A stretch of DNA of 64,000 bases from an uncultured Rhodospirillales bacterium. Lineage in GTDB: Bacteria; Pseudomonadota; Alphaproteobacteria; Acetobacterales; Acetobacteraceae. The DNA lies in assembly GCA_903864895.1 (NCBI GenBank), contig CAIPHQ010000167.1, positions 277 through 64,276 of the forward strand, written 5' to 3'. Both the position numbers and the translations under genes were made by a program. This document shows, in pieces, positions 59,000 through 64,000 of this stretch. A model generated the notes under the pieces. The model worked only from the letters and a program-made list of their open reading frames with translations, did not search any database and was not told the origin of the DNA. The first letter of the stretch is position 1. Every line of letters begins with the position of its first letter.

Positions 59000-59845
59000 T
59001 CAGGTGGAATCGCCGCGGGAGACCCGGCGGCGGCGTGAAATGAGGCCAATGGACCCCAGGGCGGCGCCGACAACGAAGAACGAGACCAGCGTGGTCACCG
59101 TTCCCAGCGCATACAGCGCGGGAGAGGTAACGTTGGTGGTCATCGCCCAGATCGTGATCGGCAGAGTGTTTTCGGTGCCGGAGACCAGCACCGTGCGGGC
59201 GAATTCGTCATACGACAGTGTGAAGCCGAACAGCGCCACGCCGATGATGCCGGGAAGCAGAATCGGCAGGGTCACTTCCTTCATGCGCTGCCACGGTGTT
59301 GCCCCCAGATCGCGGGCGGCTTCCTCGTACGACCGGTTGAAGCGGCCCAGCACGGCGAACATGATCAGCAGGCCGAACGGCAACGTCCAGGTCAGCTGCG
59401 CACCGAGGCCGGACGTGGTCCAGTCCGGCTCCCAGCCCAGTTCGCTGAAGAACACGTTGATGCCCAGACCGATGAACAGCCCCGGCATAATCAGGCTGGC
59501 AATGGCGATGTAGAACAGCACGCCCGAGCCGAAGAAGCGGCGGCGGAAGCCAAGGCCCGCTGCCACCGACAGGAACACCGTGATGCACGCCACCATCGCG
59601 CCAAGGCCGATGGAGCGATTGAACGAACTGGCAATGTCGCCCGAGCGTGAGTCCGGGTTGACCAGTTCGCCGAACCATTTGGTGGACACCCCGTTCATCG
59701 GGAAGGTCAGGCCGCCGCTCTCACCCTGGAACGACAGCACGTACACCACGAACATCGGGCCGTACAGAAAGATAACGAACAGCACGAAGAAGGCGGCGAA
59801 GAACCAGAAGGTCCACGGGCGCTTGCCCGTATCATGCATGGCCAT
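59000..59845 (-). CDS. ABC transporter permease (PotC-like)
   Basis: 281 aa and six helices. EAA loop ..SYEEAARDLGATPWQRMKEVTLP.. Confidence 0.85.
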   Translation of the reverse strand: MAMHDTGKRPWTFWFFAAFFVLFVIFLYGPMFVVYVLSFQGESGGLTFPMNGVSTKWFGELVNPDSRSGDIASSFNRSIGLGAMVACITVFLSVAAGLGFRRRFFGSGVLFYIAIASLIMPGLFIGLGINVFFSELGWEPDWTTSGLGAQLTWTLPFGLLIMFAVLGRFNRSYEEAARDLGATPWQRMKEVTLPILLPGIIGVALFGFTLSYDEFARTVLVSGTENTLPITIWAMTTNVTSPALYALGTVTTLVSFFVVGAALGSIGLISRRRRVSRGDST

Positions 59846-59857
59846 GTCTGGTTCTCC

Positions 59858-60718
59858 TCAGGACGCGAGCTGCTTGCGCACGTCAACCACACGCAGGATG
59901 GCGGCTACCATCAGCGTCACCACCGCCAGCAGGCACACGGCACTCGCCGCCGCGGGCGGGTATTGCAGCGCGTTCACCTGATTGTACAGCGCTGAGACCA
60001 CCGACGTGCTCTGCGACCCGCTCATCACCTTGACCACGAAGAAATCGCCCATCACCTGCGTGATGACGAAGATCGAGCCCAGCGCGATGCCGGTTTTGGA
60101 CAGCGGCAGCACCACTTCATAGACGATGCGGAAGCGCCCGGCGCCGGCATCACGCGCGGCTTCCAGCAGGCTGCGGTCGATGCGCGCCATCGAGTTGAAG
60201 ATCGGCACCACCATGAACAGCGTGAACAGGTGAACGTAGCCGACGATCACGGCGAAATCCGAATACAGCAGGAATTCCAGCGGTGTGTTGATGATGCCCA
60301 GCTTGATCAGCGCCGAGTTGATCAGCCCGTTCTTGCCCAGCACCGGCAGCCAGGAAATCATCCGGATGATGTTGGAGGTCCAGAACGGCACCGTGCAGAC
60401 CAGGAACAGGCCGATTTGCAGCAGCACGCCATGGACGTGGAACACCAGGAAGTAGGCGACGTTGAAGCCGATCAGCAGCGTCAGTGCCCAGACGATGGCG
60501 GCGAACTTCAACGAGTTGAAATATTCCGTCAGCGTGACCGCTGAAGTGAACACATCACGGTAGTTGTCAAGAATGAATGTCTCGACGATTGAACCATCCT
60601 GATAGTCAAAGAAACTGACGGCGATCACCACCAGCATCGGGATGAAAAAGAAAAACATCAGCAACAGGGCCGTAGGGCCGACCTGCAGCCACGATACCAG
60701 CGTTGGGGGGATTTTCAT
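59858..60718 (-). CDS. ABC transporter permease (PotB-like)
   Basis: Start at MKIPPTLVSWLQ. EAA loop ..SLLEAARDAGAGRFRIVYEVVLP.. Confidence 0.8.
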   Translation of the reverse strand: MKIPPTLVSWLQVGPTALLLMFFFFIPMLVVIAVSFFDYQDGSIVETFILDNYRDVFTSAVTLTEYFNSLKFAAIVWALTLLIGFNVAYFLVFHVHGVLLQIGLFLVCTVPFWTSNIIRMISWLPVLGKNGLINSALIKLGIINTPLEFLLYSDFAVIVGYVHLFTLFMVVPIFNSMARIDRSLLEAARDAGAGRFRIVYEVVLPLSKTGIALGSIFVITQVMGDFFVVKVMSGSQSTSVVSALYNQVNALQYPPAAASAVCLLAVVTLMVAAILRVVDVRKQLAS

Positions 60719-60811
60719 GGAACCACGTGCAAGCCGAAGGGGTCGTCTATGGATGATCGGGGGCGGGCCGCGCATGGCGGTCCGCCCCCTTTCATGGTGT
60801 CAGGCCAAGGC

Positions 60812-62116
60812 TCAGGCGGAAACGAAGTCGTTCCAGCGCTTGGTCAAGTACTTGTCTTCATCCATCTGCGTATTCCAGCAGGCGATGTTGCCGATGCGAT
60901 CCCAGAACGAACCGCCATCGCGCGTGGAACCCGCCTTGTCCATCAGCTGGCCATACGGATCCTTGATGTCGGCCTGGGCGGGCTTGCCCTCGTACCAGTA
61001 GCCCCACTCATCGGCGGTCATGAAGTTCTTCGCCGTCTCGGGCACCGCGCTGTAGTAGCCCTGCTTGGCGATGAAGCCGCCCTGCCAGCCGCTGTTGTAC
61101 CAGTTCAGGTACTGCATCGCGCAATCGGCCTTCAGGCCGGTCAGGTGCGCCATCGGCGACAGCAGGCTGAACCAGCCGCGATAGCCTTCCTTCAACGGCG
61201 CGTAGTAGCAGGAAATGCCACGGCTCTTCACCGCGGTCACCGCCGGCGACCACATGGACTGCAGCACCACTTCGCCCGACGCCATCAGGTTCACCGACTG
61301 GTCGAACGCTTCCCAGAACGCGCGGAAGTGGCCGGACTTCTTCAGCGGGATCATGATCTCGATGGTCTTGTCGATCTCCGCCTTGGTCATGTTGCCCTTG
61401 TCGGCGTATTTCAGATCGCCGCGCGACTCCAGCGCCATGGCCACGTCCATGATGCCGATGCCCGGGTAACCCACCAGCGCGGCCTTGCCCTTGAATTCCG
61501 GGTTCAGCAGTTCGTGCCAATGCTCGATCTTGCGGCCGACGAGGTCGGGGCGCATGCCCAGCGTGTCGGCGTTGTAGATCATCGGAATGCCGGTCAGCCA
61601 GTCGGTCGCCTGGTAGTGCGACAGCTTGCTGCCGTCCTTGTCGGCCCAGTACTGCACCGAGAACGGCGACGTGCCCTGGCGGGACACTTCACGGCCATCC
61701 GGATACTTGCCCGTGGTGTACATGGGCACGGTCTTGTCGTAGAGCTTGTATTCCTTGACATTGACCGGCCGCAGAATCTTCTTGCCCTGCAGGCGCTTCA
61801 CATCAAACGACTCCATGTCGTTGATGTCGATGGTCTTCGGCTGGGTCAGCAGCCGGTTCAGCTGCGTGTTCGGGTCCACCACCTGGATTTCAACGGTGAA
61901 GCCCAGGTCCTTGCTGGCCTGCGCGCCGATTTCCTTGATGGCCGAGTACGACTGGCCGACATGGAGCAGCTTGATGTCCTTGATGTTCTGCGCCCAGATC
62001 GTCGGGAAGCCCTGGATTGCGCCCGAGCCGACGGCGGCACCGGCTACGGCGGCCGCGCCCTTGAGTACATGGCGGCGCGAAATCCCGCCGGCCGGCGGGG
62101 TAGTGTCGTTGGTCAC
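60812..62116 (-). CDS. extracellular solute-binding protein (PotD/PotF-like) with twin-arginine-type leader
   Basis: GTG start after GAGGAG. Leader ..GISRRHVLKGAAAVAGAAVGSGA.. 434 aa. First gene of the transporter block. Confidence 0.75.
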   Translation of the reverse strand: MTNDTTPPAGGISRRHVLKGAAAVAGAAVGSGAIQGFPTIWAQNIKDIKLLHVGQSYSAIKEIGAQASKDLGFTVEIQVVDPNTQLNRLLTQPKTIDINDMESFDVKRLQGKKILRPVNVKEYKLYDKTVPMYTTGKYPDGREVSRQGTSPFSVQYWADKDGSKLSHYQATDWLTGIPMIYNADTLGMRPDLVGRKIEHWHELLNPEFKGKAALVGYPGIGIMDVAMALESRGDLKYADKGNMTKAEIDKTIEIMIPLKKSGHFRAFWEAFDQSVNLMASGEVVLQSMWSPAVTAVKSRGISCYYAPLKEGYRGWFSLLSPMAHLTGLKADCAMQYLNWYNSGWQGGFIAKQGYYSAVPETAKNFMTADEWGYWYEGKPAQADIKDPYGQLMDKAGSTRDGGSFWDRIGNIACWNTQMDEDKYLTKRWNDFVSA

Positions 62117-62315
62117 TGCGGCATCTCCTCAAGTGATCGCGTCATTGGCCACCGACCCCGATCCCACGTTGCACGAAGGCGGGCCGCGCCGCTTTCAGCG
62201 GTTTGGCGGCACGCCCGAGGCTGCAACGCGAACCATCCGGGTCCGGCAATCCGGCGGCACGTTAGCACCGGATGCCACTTTCGCAAGGGTGCAGGACTTT
62301 GCAGACCCGTGCCGG

Positions 62316-64000
62316 CTACAGGTTGAAGTCCGAAAACGTCTTTCCTGCGGCGACCGTCTCACGCAACAGCGGTGCCGGCTCCCATCCCGCGCCGTACTCG
62401 GCGTGCATTTCCTCAACCACGCGCAGAATCTCGGCCACGCCGAGCGCGTCCGCCGCATGCATCGGCCCGCCGCGCCAGGCCGGGAACCCGTAGCCGTTCA
62501 CCAGCACCACATCGATGTCGCCCGGCCGGTGCGCGATACCTTCGGACAGGGTTTTCGCCGCCTCGTTCACCATCGCCGCCAGAATGCGGGTCTGGATTAC
62601 TTCGGGCGAAATGGCGCGCGGCGTGATGGATTTTTCGGCGCGCGCCTGTTCGATCAGCGCCGTTACCTCCGGGTCGATCACGCGCTTGCCGCCCTCGTGG
62701 CGGTAGTAACCGGCCCCGGTTTTCTGGCCGAAGCGGCCGCGCTCGCACAGCCAGTCACCGAGTTTCACATACCGCGCCGCCGGGTCGCGGGTGGCGGCCA
62801 TGCGCTTGCGCACCGCCCAGGCAATGTCCAGCCCGGCCAGATCCGCCACCGCGAAATAGCCCATGGCCCAGCCATAGGCTTCCATCGCCGCGTCCACCTC
62901 ATGCGGCAGCGCGCCGTCCTCCAGCGCGTATTCACACACCAGCCGCCAGCGCATCAGCAGGCGGTTGCCAATGAAGCCCTCGCCACTGCGGCACAGCACC
63001 GCCTGTTTGCCGGTGCGCTTGGCCACGGCCAGCGCCGTTGCTGCCACCTCGCCCGATGTCCGGGGCGCGCGCACCACTTCCAGCAGGCGCATCACATGCG
63101 CCGGGCTGAAGAAATGCATGCCCAGTACGCGCTCGGGCGCGTCCACCATGTCGGCCATCAGGTCGATGTCGATATAGCTGGTGTTGCTGGCCAGCACGCA
63201 GTCCCGCCGCACGATGCCGGACAATTGCCGGAACACCGCCTGCTTGGCGGCCACGTCCTCAATCACCGCCTCGATCACCAGATCGCAATCGGCCAGCGCA
63301 GGCAGGTTGGTGGTGTAATGCAGACGGTCCAGCCGTTCGCGGTGCGCAGAGGCCGTCAGGCGGCCGGATTTCAACTGCCGGTCGAACACCGCCGCCACCC
63401 GGCCTTCCGCCGCGCGGGCGGCTTCGGGCGAGGTTTCCACCAGTGTTACCGGCAAACCCGCCTCGGCCAGCGCCACCGCAATGCCCGAGCCCATCGTGCC
63501 GCCGCCGATCACGCCGCAACGCCGTACCGGCCAGCCGTGCAGGTCCTGCTCGTGCTTCGGCAGCTTCGCCGCCTGCCGCTCGGCATGGAACACATGCCGC
63601 AGCGCCCGGCTTTGCGGGCCAAGGCGCAATTCGCGGGAGCGCGCACCCTCACGGGCCAAGGCCTCGTCGAACGGCAGATCGAGCGCCCATGCAATGGCCT
63701 CCACCGCCGCCACCGGGGCCAGCGCGCCGCGCGCCTTGGCGCGGATGCCCGCTGCCGCCGCGTCCAGCGCCGCGCGGTCCGCCACCGGCACGGCCAGGTC
63801 GCGCACACGCGGGCGCTGCCCGGCATCGGCCAAGCGCCGCGCCAAGGCGGTTGCTGCCGCGCGAATGCCGGTGGCGATCTCGTCGGCCACGCCCAGTTTT
63901 ACAGCCTCATCGGCGGAAATCTGTTTGCCTGCGGCGATCAGGTCCAGCGCCGCCAGCGCGCCCACCAGACGCGGCAGGCGCTGCGTGCCGCCTGCGCCGG
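62316..64000 (-). CDS. multifunctional enoyl-CoA hydratase / 3-hydroxyacyl-CoA dehydrogenase (FadB/FadJ-like), N-terminus outside window
   Basis: The frame stays open to the window edge and reads ..GAGGTQRLPRLVGALAALDLIAAGK.. (crotonase fold). This is followed by the Rossmann motif VIGGGTMGSGIAVALAEAG and 3HCDH C-terminal domains. Confidence 0.85.
   Translation of the reverse strand, partial: GAGGTQRLPRLVGALAALDLIAAGKQISADEAVKLGVADEIATGIRAAATALARRLADAGQRPRVRDLAVPVADRAALDAAAAGIRAKARGALAPVAAVEAIAWALDLPFDEALAREGARSRELRLGPQSRALRHVFHAERQAAKLPKHEQDLHGWPVRRCGVIGGGTMGSGIAVALAEAGLPVTLVETSPEAARAAEGRVAAVFDRQLKSGRLTASAHRERLDRLHYTTNLPALADCDLVIEAVIEDVAAKQAVFRQLSGIVRRDCVLASNTSYIDIDLMADMVDAPERVLGMHFFSPAHVMRLLEVVRAPRTSGEVAATALAVAKRTGKQAVLCRSGEGFIGNRLLMRWRLVCEYALEDGALPHEVDAAMEAYGWAMGYFAVADLAGLDIAWAVRKRMAATRDPAARYVKLGDWLCERGRFGQKTGAGYYRHEGGKRVIDPEVTALIEQARAEKSITPRAISPEVIQTRILAAMVNEAAKTLSEGIAHRPGDIDVVLVNGYGFPAWRGGPMHAADALGVAEILRVVEEMHAEYGAGWEPAPLLRETVAAGKTFSDFNL

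Noticed and set aside
62117-62315. 199-nt leader upstream of the PotD-like gene, considered as a riboswitch
   Set aside because: I could not match it to any riboswitch consensus I know (TPP, cobalamin, glycine, guanidine, SAM-II). It may simply contain the fadB-like terminator and the operon promoter. An Rfam/Infernal scan would be needed.
45652-62326. ORFs 45652-47181 (-), 53408-54967 (+) and 60749-62326 (+), each over 500 aa
   Set aside because: They are antisense to GT4/purH, the Dpp-like permease/SBP and the PotD-like SBP respectively, and show shadow-ORF composition.

Overview
High-GC (hand counts of about 70-73% in typical 60-nt lines) chromosomal segment that looks alphaproteobacterial. 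This rests on canonical tRNA-Trp/secE/nusG, groES/groEL, and the gene order rsmB-rpe-heparinase-like-purH. I call about 58 protein genes, 1 tRNA and 1 pseudogene; coding density is very high, and many neighbouring genes overlap by 4 nt (ATGA/GTGA). I saw no transposases, integrases, CRISPR arrays, rRNA, recognisable defence genes or transcription-factor genes.

Content from left to right:
- Decayed arylsulfatase remnant and a small surface-antigen-like gene.
- Secreted DUF3300/DUF2950 pair, divergent from an octahaem cytochrome c-TPR fusion.
- DUF4239, outer-membrane barrel and DUF2252 genes.
- Translationally coupled cupin/NIPSNAP/3-hydroxyacid-dehydrogenase/hydrolase operon, divergent from a desaturase-like/orphan IolE/aldehyde dehydrogenase trio.
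- Polysaccharide-export-type cluster: ABC exporter, STAS protein plus a Walker-A-degenerate BY-kinase-like protein, Wzx-like flippase, SLT-SPOR lytic transglycosylase, Wzm/Wzt. It abuts secE-nusG where rplKAJL would normally be.
- Flavin monooxygenase, a second desaturase, and a small basic ORF followed by groES and groEL.
- SDR and glucarate-dehydratase-like genes.
- Chemoreceptor with a C-terminal PilZ domain.
- Four-gene cluster of small Cys/His-tailed lipoprotein, DUF4331, TPR and extended HupE/UreJ. This is my best candidate for an uncharacterised (metal-related?) envelope system.
- A second chemoreceptor.
- rsmB-rpe-heparinase-like-[GT4]-purH.
- A glycosyltransferase with clearly lower GC, an aldo-keto reductase and a GT2.
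- An 11-kb same-strand block holding two ABC importers around an FGGY kinase.
- The 3' two-thirds of a FadB-like gene that runs off the window.

Most long ORFs in the supplied track that lie antisense to these genes are high-GC shadow ORFs. All functional calls come from motif and domain recognition by eye, with no database search. Start codons are often uncertain by tens of nt; stop codons are taken from the ORF track.
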